DNA from: a virus
Taxonomy: Duplodnaviria; Caudoviricetes
DNA: 64,000 bases
IMG/VR virus record: IMGVR_UViG_3300021387_000573
Span: 32,001 to 96,000 of that record
Strand: one strand, 5' to 3'
Every line of letters begins with the position of its first letter. The first letter of the stretch is position 1. The translations under genes were made by a program, and so were the position numbers. The notes beneath the pieces were generated by a model that ran no database searches, was not told the DNA's origin, and worked only from the letters and a program-made list of their open reading frames with translations. This document shows positions 52,049-61,484 of the stretch, piece by piece.

Positions 52049-52236
52049 GAAGGCCGGTTCGATTCCGGATCAATGATAGAGGGCATGGTTGCGACGGGGT
52101 TCTCCGGGCAGGATCGGAGATGATGTGTGCCGAGTCAGATGGCGTCTCTCGGCTAACCTTCGGGCTTGACCCGACAGTAGGACAAGATCCATCGTCATGG
52201 TAAGGACGATGTAAAACGGCCAGAGATTCCTAATAT

Positions 52237-52312
52237 CCAGGGCGAAGTGTAATGGTTTTGCACTCCACATTTGGGATGTGGAAGAGCGGTTCGATTCCGA
52301 CGCCTTGGGCCA
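52237..52312 (+). tRNA. tRNA-Pro(UGG), divergent T-stem
   Basis: CCACA-TT-TGG-GA-TGTGG arm, GGTTCGATTCC, CCA. Confidence 0.7.
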
Positions 52313-52315
52313 TAC

Positions 52316-52406
52316 GGCGGCTTGGCAGAGCGGCAATGCACCCGACTTGAAATCGGAGGTCTGGCCTAGTAAGTCAGCAAAGGTTCGATCCCTTTAGCCG
52401 CCGCCA
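52316..52406 (+). tRNA. tRNA-Ser(UGA)
   Basis: CCCGA-CT-TGA-AA-TCGGA arm, long variable arm, G73, CCA. Confidence 0.85.
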
Positions 52407-52528
52407 TATCAAATAACATTTTTATCTGGGAGGCGATATAATTACACACGTTGCATGTTTTATTTTAGGATCACTATTTGGATTGTCCATTATGTGTCTG
52501 TTGAAAACGTCATCACGAGAAAGCAGGC

Positions 52529-52855
52529 ATGAAGAAAAAGCGTTGCGGGAGGCCAAAGATAGAAATGAATTCTGATGAATCTATGCGTGCTATAGACGCC
52601 GTAATAAAAGACCTTATATTACATATTCAGGAGCTCGAAGCCGAAAATGCCTCCCTTCGCGATAAGGTTTATCGGCAATCACATAAGTTGACTGCATTGG
52701 CAAACCGCGCACAGGAGTTGGATGTGAAGAATATTTATTTGTGTCATAAGATAGAGGTTGCAATTCAATATATCAAGGGTGCCTGTTACGATGATGGGAT
52801 GCGAAATAGAACGGTTAGGCGATTGTGGAAAGCGCTTGATATTCTTGGAGGTTAA
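52529..52855 (+). CDS. Hypothetical coiled-coil protein
   Basis: ORF after the tRNA array; start uncertain. Confidence 0.45.
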   Translation: MKKKRCGRPKIEMNSDESMRAIDAVIKDLILHIQELEAENASLRDKVYRQSHKLTALANRAQELDVKNIYLCHKIEVAIQYIKGACYDDGMRNRTVRRLWKALDILGG

Positions 52856-53511
52856 GAAGAGAATTGGCGATAGCCTTTAGCCATAGACGGCCTGTAAACA
52901 CATTTCATGAGAAGAATCTTTTTCATAGAATCGTGGTAATGGTATTTTTCTTTTTCGCCATTTAGATATCTTTTGTATTCTGAAAATCTGTATTCTGCGG
53001 CTTGCCTTGATAGACCATAAACGCGTTCAATATCTTCTATCGTATGAATTTTAAAAAGAGAGAAGGTTGGGAACGGTGACAATAAGGATGCCGCAAAAAA
53101 GTCTGCTTCTTCTTCCAATTCGTGTCTATCGAAATAAGAAGATAGACGCTTTTCATTGGACGCATCACATATCTCATCGAAGTGCCCGCAAATAACATGT
53201 CCAAATTCATGGGCAAACGTCCATCTAATTCTATTGTAACTTGACGTAAACCTGGACGACTGATTTGCGAGGATTAAATATCTATCTCTTGATGAATCGT
53301 ATTGTGTGCATCCGGTGTAACTTTTGCAGGCAGCAATTACATCATGAAGAGATGTGCTACTGATTTGCGCAAGGTCATAATAAGACATCGCTCGGCAATT
53401 CGGATAAAGCGATATGGCCATTTTAGGGTCCAATGGAAATTGGATGCGATCTAAATTGCAGAAAATAGTTAAGATAGCATAATCTACTCGATCAAAAATA
53501 AAGTCTCGCAA
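52852..53511 (-). CDS. immA: ImmA/IrrE family metallopeptidase (antirepressor protease)
   Basis: RWTFAHEFGH (HExxH), EEEADFFAASLL. Confidence 0.85.
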   Translation of the reverse strand: MRDFIFDRVDYAILTIFCNLDRIQFPLDPKMAISLYPNCRAMSYYDLAQISSTSLHDVIAACKSYTGCTQYDSSRDRYLILANQSSRFTSSYNRIRWTFAHEFGHVICGHFDEICDASNEKRLSSYFDRHELEEEADFFAASLLSPFPTFSLFKIHTIEDIERVYGLSRQAAEYRFSEYKRYLNGEKEKYHYHDSMKKILLMKCVYRPSMAKGYRQFSS

Positions 53512-53856
53512 TTAGGAATCATCTCCAAATGCATATTTAAAACCAGCTTTAATGATATTCATTGCCTGCTCCCAGTCTTTCTCAGGCATGTTTTGCTTGG
53601 CTCGCTGGAGAGCAATGATACTCTCGTCTCCCAAGACTTCTTTAGCACCAGCCTCGATATCAGAGCTTCCGAGAAGAAAATCGACAGACACGCCGAGATA
53701 TTCGGCAACCTTTCTAATCATGCTGGAACGCGGATCAGACACCTTCCATTTATAAATTACGTTCGCACCAAATCCGAGTTCTGATTCAAGTTTTGAAACA
53801 GTAATCCCATTCTTTTCACAGAGCGTTTTGATTCTTTCGAATGTGATATTAGACAT
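53512..53856 (-). CDS. XRE-family HTH repressor (ImmR-like)
   Basis: IKTLCEKNGITVSKLESELGF...KVAEYLGVSVDFLLG; adjacent to ImmA. Confidence 0.85.
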   Translation of the reverse strand: MSNITFERIKTLCEKNGITVSKLESELGFGANVIYKWKVSDPRSSMIRKVAEYLGVSVDFLLGSSDIEAGAKEVLGDESIIALQRAKQNMPEKDWEQAMNIIKAGFKYAFGDDS

Positions 53857-54064
53857 TTAGAATCCCTCCAATAAGAAAATAAGATAGAAAATAGCTTGAC
53901 AACTATCTGATAGTCTGGTATTATTCTCTTGCGGTCAGAAAATTAGATAGAACTCAATTACAATATAGTGAATAATTTCCACCATGTCAAGATAAATTTA
54001 TAGTTTTCTGACAATATTCTATCCAATTTTCGTAGTTAATATATAAGTTTTACATAGGAGAAGT

Positions 54065-55036
54065 ATGATGACACGAGATGTGATTCTTGGCAGCAAGAAA
54101 CTTAAGGAGCAGTTTGTAAGAGATAATAACCTTCCGATCACCGTCACAGATGGCGTCCACTTCCTCCAGCGCCTGAACCTACTCGACCGGATCTTCCATT
54201 GCAAAGAGGCATTCAAAACCTTTTGTGTTGATTTGCGGAAGTACGACAGTGAGGAGCAGTATTTTATAGAGCGAGGATATTCGCTCGATGCCTGTGTTCT
54301 CCGTCTCAGTGGAGGGACTCATCTCTCTGCGATCCAAAAGTTTCTCAAGGCAGACTTCTCCGAGTTGCTCGGTGAAGCGGAACTGCTTCCTTGTGGGACG
54401 CAAGAGAACTTTTACACGTGCAATAGTTGCGGACACACATACGCCAGAATCAGATTCAAGCACGGCGCATTTTCGGCCATCAATTATTTTGACAGGAGCA
54501 TTTTTCAGGCAGACTCACCGGAAGCATTCCTGCGAACATACGATAAACACCTTACTACAAGCAAAGAGTTTCACGATGCAATTCTTGCTGCGTTCGGCGA
54601 AGCACGAATTTCGCAGCTCGTGACGGTGTATCTATCGCTTGTGGCGCATCATCTCTCTGGTTTCTTCGGGTGCAAGCCTGAGCCATATATCCAGGATGGA
54701 CTGCTATATGAATTGCCTGACGATGTACTGTTTTCTGATGCGGATATAACAAACTATAAAAAGCAAATTGATTCTGCACTGACGGCTCTCCCTGATGGTA
54801 TTGGTGAATGCTTCGAGTGCGAAATCTTTCGGCTTGAAGCGTTGGAATCATACGGATTCATGGAGGAGTACCACGATGAAACTCCTGTGCCGGTCAGATT
54901 CATAGGAGTAGATCCAAACTACTACCATTTGCTTGCTACATATTATTTCAGGCAGCCATTGCTTTACGATTACCTCGTAATCAACTATGACGGACACCTT
55001 GCGAAACTGATTGAGCCGATCAAGAGTCCGTTCTGA
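54065..55036 (+). CDS. Hypothetical protein
   Basis: 323 aa with AGGAG RBS; no motif recognised. Confidence 0.6.
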   Translation: MMTRDVILGSKKLKEQFVRDNNLPITVTDGVHFLQRLNLLDRIFHCKEAFKTFCVDLRKYDSEEQYFIERGYSLDACVLRLSGGTHLSAIQKFLKADFSELLGEAELLPCGTQENFYTCNSCGHTYARIRFKHGAFSAINYFDRSIFQADSPEAFLRTYDKHLTTSKEFHDAILAAFGEARISQLVTVYLSLVAHHLSGFFGCKPEPYIQDGLLYELPDDVLFSDADITNYKKQIDSALTALPDGIGECFECEIFRLEALESYGFMEEYHDETPVPVRFIGVDPNYYHLLATYYFRQPLLYDYLVINYDGHLAKLIEPIKSPF

Positions 55037-55186
55037 AGATAAGAGCACCAAGCGTGCTCTTTCTTCCAGCGATTTAAACGCATTGAAAAGAAAGTAAAAT
55101 AAAAAGCTAATTTTATTACCAAAAACGGTACTCAAAAGTGCCCATGAATAGGGGACTTACCAAATATTTACATAGGAGAGATTTTC

Positions 55187-55864
55187 ATAAAACACGTCGG
55201 AGATATCACAAAACTGAGCGGATATGCTCTTGAGCCGGTCGATGTCATCACCGGAGGCTCTCCATGCCAGAATCTCAGCGTAGCAGCCATGAAACGCGAC
55301 GGACTTGCCGGAGACCAGTCATGGCTCTTCAAAGAACAGATCCGAGTGACAAAAGAAATGAGGGATAGCGATAAACAACGCGGCAGAACAGGAAAGGACA
55401 TTCGCCCAAGATTCATGGTCTGGGAAAACGTATATGGAGCACTCTCAAGCCCCGGAAAAGAAAACAAAGGCAAGGACTTCCAAAGTGTCCTCACAGAAAT
55501 CGTCCGCATCGCGCAGCCGAAAGCCCCTCTTGTGCCTATGCCTGAAGACGGAGCATGGCCAAGCGCCGGACTCCTCTACGATGAGCTGGGAACCTGGAGC
55601 CTTGCTTGGCGAGTACATGATGCGCAGTTTTGGGGAAAGTCCATCGTTGACAACCGTGGAAATCTGGTCGAAGCGGGCACACCCCAACGTCGTCGTAGAC
55701 TCGCGCTTGTCGCAGATTTTGGAGGACTCAGTGCCGGAGAAATACTCTTTGAGTCCGACCGCCTGTCTTGGCATTCTGAAGAGGGCGGAGAAGCGCGGCA
55801 AGGAGCTCCCACCGATCCTGAAGGAAGCTTTGATTCAGCAGACGGGGGGGGTATTAGGTCTTGA
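55187..55864 (+). CDS. C5 DNA methyltransferase fragment 1 (motifs III-VIII), probable ATA start
   Basis: GDITKL, GGSPCQ, WENV, PQRRRR; AGGAGAG RBS before ATA; in-frame stop at 55145 upstream. Confidence 0.8.
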   Translation: MKHVGDITKLSGYALEPVDVITGGSPCQNLSVAAMKRDGLAGDQSWLFKEQIRVTKEMRDSDKQRGRTGKDIRPRFMVWENVYGALSSPGKENKGKDFQSVLTEIVRIAQPKAPLVPMPEDGAWPSAGLLYDELGTWSLAWRVHDAQFWGKSIVDNRGNLVEAGTPQRRRRLALVADFGGLSAGEILFESDRLSWHSEEGGEARQGAPTDPEGSFDSADGGGIRS

Positions 55865-56096
55865 TTGTTTCGACCAGTGCCTCACAGGCACCGTGTCGAA
55901 AACGCTTACCTCTTCTGCAACCGATTCCGATCATGTCCCCTGTGTCCTGCAGCAGATCGTCTTTGAAAACCACTCACAGGATAGCCGCTACCGCTACATG
56001 GGCGATGTGAACGAAACGGTGAGCGCCAAGTACGGAACCGGCGGCAATAACCAGCCTCTGGTCCTTACCATTGTAAAGGAGTGTGGTGCCTATTGA
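55434..56096 (+). CDS. Overlapping-frame MTase subunit (M.EcoHK31I beta-like) with TRD-like segment
   Basis: GEY....GESP...SRLSQILE..VPEKYSLSP.AC.GILKRAEKRGKELP; start uncertain. Confidence 0.6.
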   Translation: MEHSQAPEKKTKARTSKVSSQKSSASRSRKPLLCLCLKTEHGQAPDSSTMSWEPGALLGEYMMRSFGESPSLTTVEIWSKRAHPNVVVDSRLSQILEDSVPEKYSLSPTACLGILKRAEKRGKELPPILKEALIQQTGGVLGLDCFDQCLTGTVSKTLTSSATDSDHVPCVLQQIVFENHSQDSRYRYMGDVNETVSAKYGTGGNNQPLVLTIVKECGAY

Positions 56097-56629
56097 TTGC
56101 ATATAGCGTCGGCAATGGGCAGCTCAATCAAATCAGCATGTCCGAGCAGTGCAATACCTTGGATACCATGCACGACAAACAGGCCGTTTTGGTATCACCT
56201 GATGGGGATGGTACTGAAATAACAGAGAATGAGAATCGCAAGTATCTGATCCGCCGTGTTACTCCGCTCGAATGTGAGCGTCTGCAAAAATATCCGGATC
56301 ACTGGACGGATATTGCGCCATGGACAGACAACAAAGGAAAGAAACACAAGGACGCCGACAGTCCTCGCTATGTGGCGCTCGGCAATAGTCTTGCGCTCCC
56401 GTTCTGGGACTGGCTGACCGGCAGGATCTCAGCTCAATACGAGAAACCACCAACCCTTGGCAGCTTGTTTGATGGCATCGGCGGCTTTGATCTGGTTTGG
56501 GCCAGACATAACGGGAAAGAATCTGTCCGATTTTCTTCTGAGATCAGCGAGTTCTGTGTAGCCGTTTTGAAGAAACACTTCGGCGACGAAGAAGCCGGCC
56601 TCGAAGGCGATATTGACCAATACATATAA
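56093..56629 (+). CDS. C5 DNA methyltransferase fragment (motifs IX-X-I-II)
   Basis: RRVTPLECERLQ, RYVALGNS, LGSLFDGIGG, SSEI...V..KHF. Confidence 0.8.
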   Translation: MIAYSVGNGQLNQISMSEQCNTLDTMHDKQAVLVSPDGDGTEITENENRKYLIRRVTPLECERLQKYPDHWTDIAPWTDNKGKKHKDADSPRYVALGNSLALPFWDWLTGRISAQYEKPPTLGSLFDGIGGFDLVWARHNGKESVRFSSEISEFCVAVLKKHFGDEEAGLEGDIDQYI

Positions 56630-56829
56630 CCAATCCATAGGAGGAAATCATATGAAGTGCCGTCGCTGCAATCTCCAGATGGGGCATTATCTGGGGTGCG
56701 AACCGAACAAAAAACCATATGAGTTCTGGCGCTGTCCGAAGTGCTGGGCAGAATCCAAGCACTTCATTTTCCACTTTGAGGAAGAAGAACAAAAGAGAAA
56801 TGAGAATCAGAAAAGGAGTGTGACCGCAA

Positions 56830-58011
56830 ATTCTTGTAAACGGAGAAAGAGCGCTGGCCTACGTCGTCAGCATCGATGAAATCAAACCTATTGATGGCTA
56901 TGACCGCGTGGAATACGCCCGCACCAATGGCTGGTGGGTCATCATCGGCAAGGCAGACGGCCTGAAGGTCGGCGACAAGTGTGTCTACTTTGAGATCGAC
57001 AGCAAGGTTCCTGCTTCCGACAAGCGCTTCGAGTTCCTTGAGAAGCGCAACTATAAGATCAAGACCCAGCGCATGTGCAAGGTGATCTCTCAGGGCCTGC
57101 TGATGCCTCTGTCCGCTTTCCCGGAGCTGGGCGATGCCGAGATTGGAACCGACGTTACAAAGAAACTCGGTGTTACATACGCGGTCGCAGACGATAACGA
57201 CCGCAAGCGCAATTTCGGCGATCCTAATGCCAAATATAAATCCATGGCGGCTCGCCACCAGAAGCTGTTCCAGACCAAGCCTGTCCGCTGGTTCATGCGC
57301 CGCAAGTGGGGCAGAAAGTTCATGTTCCTGCTCTTTGGCAGGAAGAAGGATAATCCCAAGGGTTTCCCGGATTTCATCAAGAAGACCGACGAGGAACGAG
57401 TCGAGAATCAGCCGTGGCGCATTGGGGACGGCAAGACCTATCTTGCCACCGAGAAGCTGGATGGTACGAGCTGCACTTATGCACTCCGGCGTTTGCCGAA
57501 GAAGGCGTTCCGGAAGCAGGAGTATGAGTTCTATGTCTGCTCCCGCAACGTCCGCCAGAAGGATGAGAATCAGGCGTGTTATCACGACCACAATATCTAC
57601 TGGGATCTGGCCTTCAAGTACAACATCGAAGATTGTCTGCGCAGTATCCTGTGCGCGTTTCCTGATTTGGAATGGGCCTGCATCCAGGGTGAAGGCGTCG
57701 GCTCTGTGCAGGGCAACCCCCTGAAGCTTTCTGCCGACGACCTGTATGTTTTCAACTTCGTCACGTCGAAGGAAGGCCGCTGGGATTCGCGGCGCGGCAA
57801 GGAGCTGATGGGAATGTACGGCTTGAAGTGGGTGCCGATCCTCGGAGAAGTCACTATGCCGGAATCAATGGAGGAGCTCAAGCTCCTTGCAGACGGTAAG
57901 TCTGTCGTCAATCCTGCCGTAGCTCGTGAAGGTATCGTCTATCGCTCTCTCGACGGACAGGATTCCTTCAAGAACGTGTCCCGTCAGTACCTGCTGAAAC
58001 ACGGAGGTTAA
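56830..58011 (+). CDS. ATP-dependent RNA ligase (Rnl2/DRB0094-like), probable ATT start
   Basis: VYFEIDS, SQGLL, KTDEERVEN, motif I EKLDGTS, QGEG.G, REGIV, SFK; frame extends to ATT at 56830 after AAGGAG. Confidence 0.85.
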   Translation: MLVNGERALAYVVSIDEIKPIDGYDRVEYARTNGWWVIIGKADGLKVGDKCVYFEIDSKVPASDKRFEFLEKRNYKIKTQRMCKVISQGLLMPLSAFPELGDAEIGTDVTKKLGVTYAVADDNDRKRNFGDPNAKYKSMAARHQKLFQTKPVRWFMRRKWGRKFMFLLFGRKKDNPKGFPDFIKKTDEERVENQPWRIGDGKTYLATEKLDGTSCTYALRRLPKKAFRKQEYEFYVCSRNVRQKDENQACYHDHNIYWDLAFKYNIEDCLRSILCAFPDLEWACIQGEGVGSVQGNPLKLSADDLYVFNFVTSKEGRWDSRRGKELMGMYGLKWVPILGEVTMPESMEELKLLADGKSVVNPAVAREGIVYRSLDGQDSFKNVSRQYLLKHGG

Positions 58012-59022
58012 ATGAACAAGCCTATTTTCTGGATGATGGTTGGCTTGCCGGGGAGCGGCAAGTCCACCATCGCCAAGATCATCCAGCGCAGCGTACCGAA
58101 CACCGTGATCCATTCCTCGGACGAGCTTCGCGGTGAACTCTTCGGCAACGTCAACGACCAAAGCAAGAACGACCAGCTTTTCACAGAGCTGCACCGGCGA
58201 ATCAAAGCGGATCTCGTTGCCAACAGAAACGTGATCTACGACGCCACCAACCTCAACAAGAAACGGCGGGCATCCTTTCTTGCTGAGTTGAAGCACATCG
58301 ATTGTTTCAAGCAGTGTGTTCTCGTTCTCGCACCTCTGGATATCTGTCATGTCCGCAATGACAACCGTTTTGAACGCCAAGTTCCGGGCCCCGTCATCAA
58401 TCGTATGTACATGAACTTCCAGCCGCCGTTTTACTCCGAGGGATTTGACGCGATCTCGATCGAGTATAGCTACAAGATCGAAGACACCTTCCGCAAGTAC
58501 GATCTTGAAAAGATGTTCAAGCCAAACTCGTGGTTTATGAATTTTGATCAGGAGAACAAGCATCATCGTCTTACGCTGGGCGCTCATTGCGATGCCGCAG
58601 CTTCTTATATCTCGGGCATTATTACCGAAAGAGAGAGAAACGGAGCAGACGACGAAGAACTTAACCGGCTCGCTACTCTTGTTGACGCAGCGTGGATTCA
58701 TGATGTTGGCAAACTCAACACCAAGACGCGGGTGAACGCCAAAGGCGAAGACGATGGTCAGTGTCATTACTACCAGCACCATTGCGCCGGCGCTTATGAC
58801 TGCTTCTTTTATCTGCGAAACTGTGAGAAATCCTGTGAGTTGGATTCTCCTGAGAACGAGGCCAGAAATCTTTACATATCAAACCTGATCTATTGGCACA
58901 TGATGCCGTACACGGCTTGGAAGCAGTCTGAGAAAGCCAGAGAGCGCGATAAGCGGCTTATGACCGAGCAGATGTATGAAGACGTGCTCCTGCTCCATGA
59001 AGCAGACATCGCAGCACACTAA
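58012..59022 (+). CDS. Polynucleotide kinase (P-loop) fused to HD phosphoesterase
   Basis: MVGLPGSGKST, SSDELR, IYDATN; HH..TL..H, IHDVGK, YYQH, WHM, HEAD. Confidence 0.8.
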   Translation: MNKPIFWMMVGLPGSGKSTIAKIIQRSVPNTVIHSSDELRGELFGNVNDQSKNDQLFTELHRRIKADLVANRNVIYDATNLNKKRRASFLAELKHIDCFKQCVLVLAPLDICHVRNDNRFERQVPGPVINRMYMNFQPPFYSEGFDAISIEYSYKIEDTFRKYDLEKMFKPNSWFMNFDQENKHHRLTLGAHCDAAASYISGIITERERNGADDEELNRLATLVDAAWIHDVGKLNTKTRVNAKGEDDGQCHYYQHHCAGAYDCFFYLRNCEKSCELDSPENEARNLYISNLIYWHMMPYTAWKQSEKARERDKRLMTEQMYEDVLLLHEADIAAH

Positions 59023-59033
59023 GGAGAAATGAT

Positions 59034-59249
59034 ATGAATAACAAACATACAAGCAGTACAAGTAGTAGCGGCATGGGATTCCTTTCGGTTTTGGGGCTTA
59101 TCTTTATCGTCCTGAAGCTACTCCATGTAATTGACTGGCCGTGGGTGTGGGTGCTTGCGCCAATCTGGGGTGGCTTCCTTCTTGGCATTGTAATCCTCGC
59201 TGTGTATCTGATTATCTACATTGCCATTAAAAAGAAAACAAAGAGATAA
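59034..59249 (+). CDS. Small two-TM membrane protein
   Basis: LIFIVLKL..VIDWPWVWVLAPIW. Confidence 0.7.
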   Translation: MNNKHTSSTSSSGMGFLSVLGLIFIVLKLLHVIDWPWVWVLAPIWGGFLLGIVILAVYLIIYIAIKKKTKR

Positions 59250-60413
59250 AACGTAGATTATATGAGGAGAAATAAGTTGTTCAGCACAAAATACCGCATC
59301 GAGAGCGTTGAGGAATTGACGATAAGCAATCCGATGCACGAACAGATCCGAGGTAAAATTTGTTATCCTGCTTATTTCGCAGTTGGCGAGCGCGGCATGA
59401 TGCTTGTGGACATGGAGGATGCACCGTCGTTTTTGAGTATCCATAGCATCTTCACAACAAAAGTACAAAAAGTGACGAACACGAGAGACGGCGGATTTGC
59501 TGTTACGACAAAGAACTCTATCTACGTCTTTCTCCCGGTAATGGAGGAGTAAATGTCAGATTACAGACACGAAAAAGTTCTCCGCGTTCCGTACCAGAAG
59601 TATGGCCTCGGAGTCGATACAGATAGCTTGGACTTCTGCATGGATTTCGAGGACGAGCATCCGACGCTGTTCGGCGGCACACACAACTTCCAGTTTGCAC
59701 CGACCGACGAGCCATTTCTGGATTACCTTCTCCTCCGGAAGTATGACTGCTCCGGTGAGTTTGGCAAAACCCGATCCCTGTATCCGAGCGAGAAGGAGAA
59801 GTATCTGCCGATCTTCCAGCAGCTCATCCCGGAGATCGACATGGACGATGTAAGGCTGGTCGAGTATTGCTGGTACGACGGCACAGAAGCGCCGGATTAC
59901 TACGATGAGAGTACATACCACGATGTTTTTTATGACGAGGTGTAAATGAAAGAATTTGAATTGAAGTTTTCAGAACGCGGTGACGGATATGAAGTCACCG
60001 GCCAGGAGGTCTGGTCGGACAATCCAGATGAAAAGGTTTCGTTCAGCGTTTATAACCTGTGCGAATGCCCGGAGGATGCGATCATCGGACGCGATCTGTT
60101 TGACGCCACTGATTTCATCCGAGCCGTCGAGCTTGGATTCCGGATCGCCAAACGCGGATATGACAATATCATCGTGACCGAAGTTCCCTGGGAGGATTGA
60201 AACATGAAACTGAAAGAAGCGCTGGAACTGGCCGATGAGTGCGGCCTGTCCACGGTGGGTGAAGCGATCCTGAACGTCGAGCTCCACGCGCCGAGCCTGT
60301 TCCCTTATGAAAAGATGCACGATGAACTGAATGAACTCTGCCAGGAAGCCGCTGCTTATGACGATAATCAGTTGATTTCCGGACTTTTGAGCAAATAAAC
60401 GGTTAATTTCATT

Positions 60414-60860
60414 ATGGCATGTTACAGAAAAGGCGGCTGTGGCCCATATGAAATGTTAAGCTGCAGCGCGTGTCCTGCGAGTAAACCTGCTTACGCAGAG
60501 AAGAAATTTGCAAATGAAAAGGCGCAAGATCTTTATGACAAACTGGCAGCTTATCATGTGCGAGTAGATAGAATTAAGGAGAACAGAGAATTGGGCAGTC
60601 AAGAATTTTTAGATCGTTGCAGAGTATGTGTAGCGAATTACTTCAATGAGAAGGCGGATGCCACCGATAAGAATGGTGGGATCGACCCGGCAAATGACGT
60701 GTTCGTCGTTTGGTATTGCAAGACGCTCCAGAACCACAAAGCGCTTCTGAGCACGACAGTGCCTGACGGCATGTACTATGAGTTCACCTACAATGGCGAT
60801 AAGAAAGAGTGCTACATGGACGCATACAAGAAGTGGGAGAACCAGATCGCCTGGGCGTGA
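60414..60860 (+). CDS. DUF6275-like phage protein with Cys-rich N-terminal extension
   Basis: VFVVWYCKTLQNHKALLST...DGMYYEFTYNGDK.E.Y.DAYKKWEN. Confidence 0.65.
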   Translation: MACYRKGGCGPYEMLSCSACPASKPAYAEKKFANEKAQDLYDKLAAYHVRVDRIKENRELGSQEFLDRCRVCVANYFNEKADATDKNGGIDPANDVFVVWYCKTLQNHKALLSTTVPDGMYYEFTYNGDKKECYMDAYKKWENQIAWA

Positions 60861-61222
60861 GGATAAAGGATGTTCGAGATGTGCTACATCAACCGGCCAA
60901 AGCTTGTTGAAATAGCGCGGCTGTGTTTTCAAAACGACTATTATCACGCCGGCATCTATGTTCCAAACGAACGAATAGTCAAAAATATCGTTGATGATCT
61001 GCTGCAGATAACGTATCTTCCTAACTTCAGACGGCTCAGGAGAAACACAAAAACCAACTACGACTTTTTGTTTAACAACGGCAGCTCGATTACCGTTGCC
61101 GTTCCAAGCGATGGCTGCCGTGGGCATAGGATGCATTCGCTTGTGGCAGATCCAGACATCGATAGTTACACGTTAGATACTTTGGTTCGTCCATATGAGA
61201 TCGAATACATAAAGTAAACAGT

Positions 61223-61437
61223 TTATGCGGTGGCGGAATAGACATCCAGAGACCATGACTCCGAGGATGGTAAAGTTCACTGCCTGCGGTATGCGCGTAA
61301 GCACGAACGTGGTGTGATGCAAACGGTACTGTGGACACGGCAATAGTAGACGCTTACAACGTAAGGCCGATGCTTCCGTCTGATAAACGGGTCTGAACGA
61401 CTGAGGCTATGTCGGGTGCAAATCCCGACCCGCATAA
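61223..61437 (+). ncRNA. tRNA-like structured RNA with a large D-loop insertion and no recognisable anticodon
   Basis: TTATGCGG/CCGCATAA closing stem; Leu-type TGGCGGAATAG...GTAGACGC; T-arm GTCGGG-TGCAAAT-CCCGAC. Confidence 0.6.
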
Positions 61438-61484
61438 CTATTAAAGCTTGCGCCGTATGCAATAGGACAGGAGTTTCTACATAA

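Noticed and set aside
50950-52236. Theta/HDV-like ribozymes 3' of tRNAs
   Set aside because: No L3 or J4/2 consensus found, and the tRNAs already encode CCA
51964-52406. tRNAs with TAA and TGA anticodons as stop suppressors (genetic recoding)
   Set aside because: These anticodons read UUA (Leu) and UCA (Ser); ORFs translate cleanly in the standard code
56764-58782. Long minus-strand ORFs (56764-57591, 57865-58782)
   Set aside because: Antisense shadows of the RNA ligase and kinase genes
61340-61437. Twister-sister ribozyme (UGCAA loop hairpin, GUAAGGCC)
   Set aside because: The catalytic internal loop GCUCA/GCAAG is absent; a tRNA-like interpretation fits better
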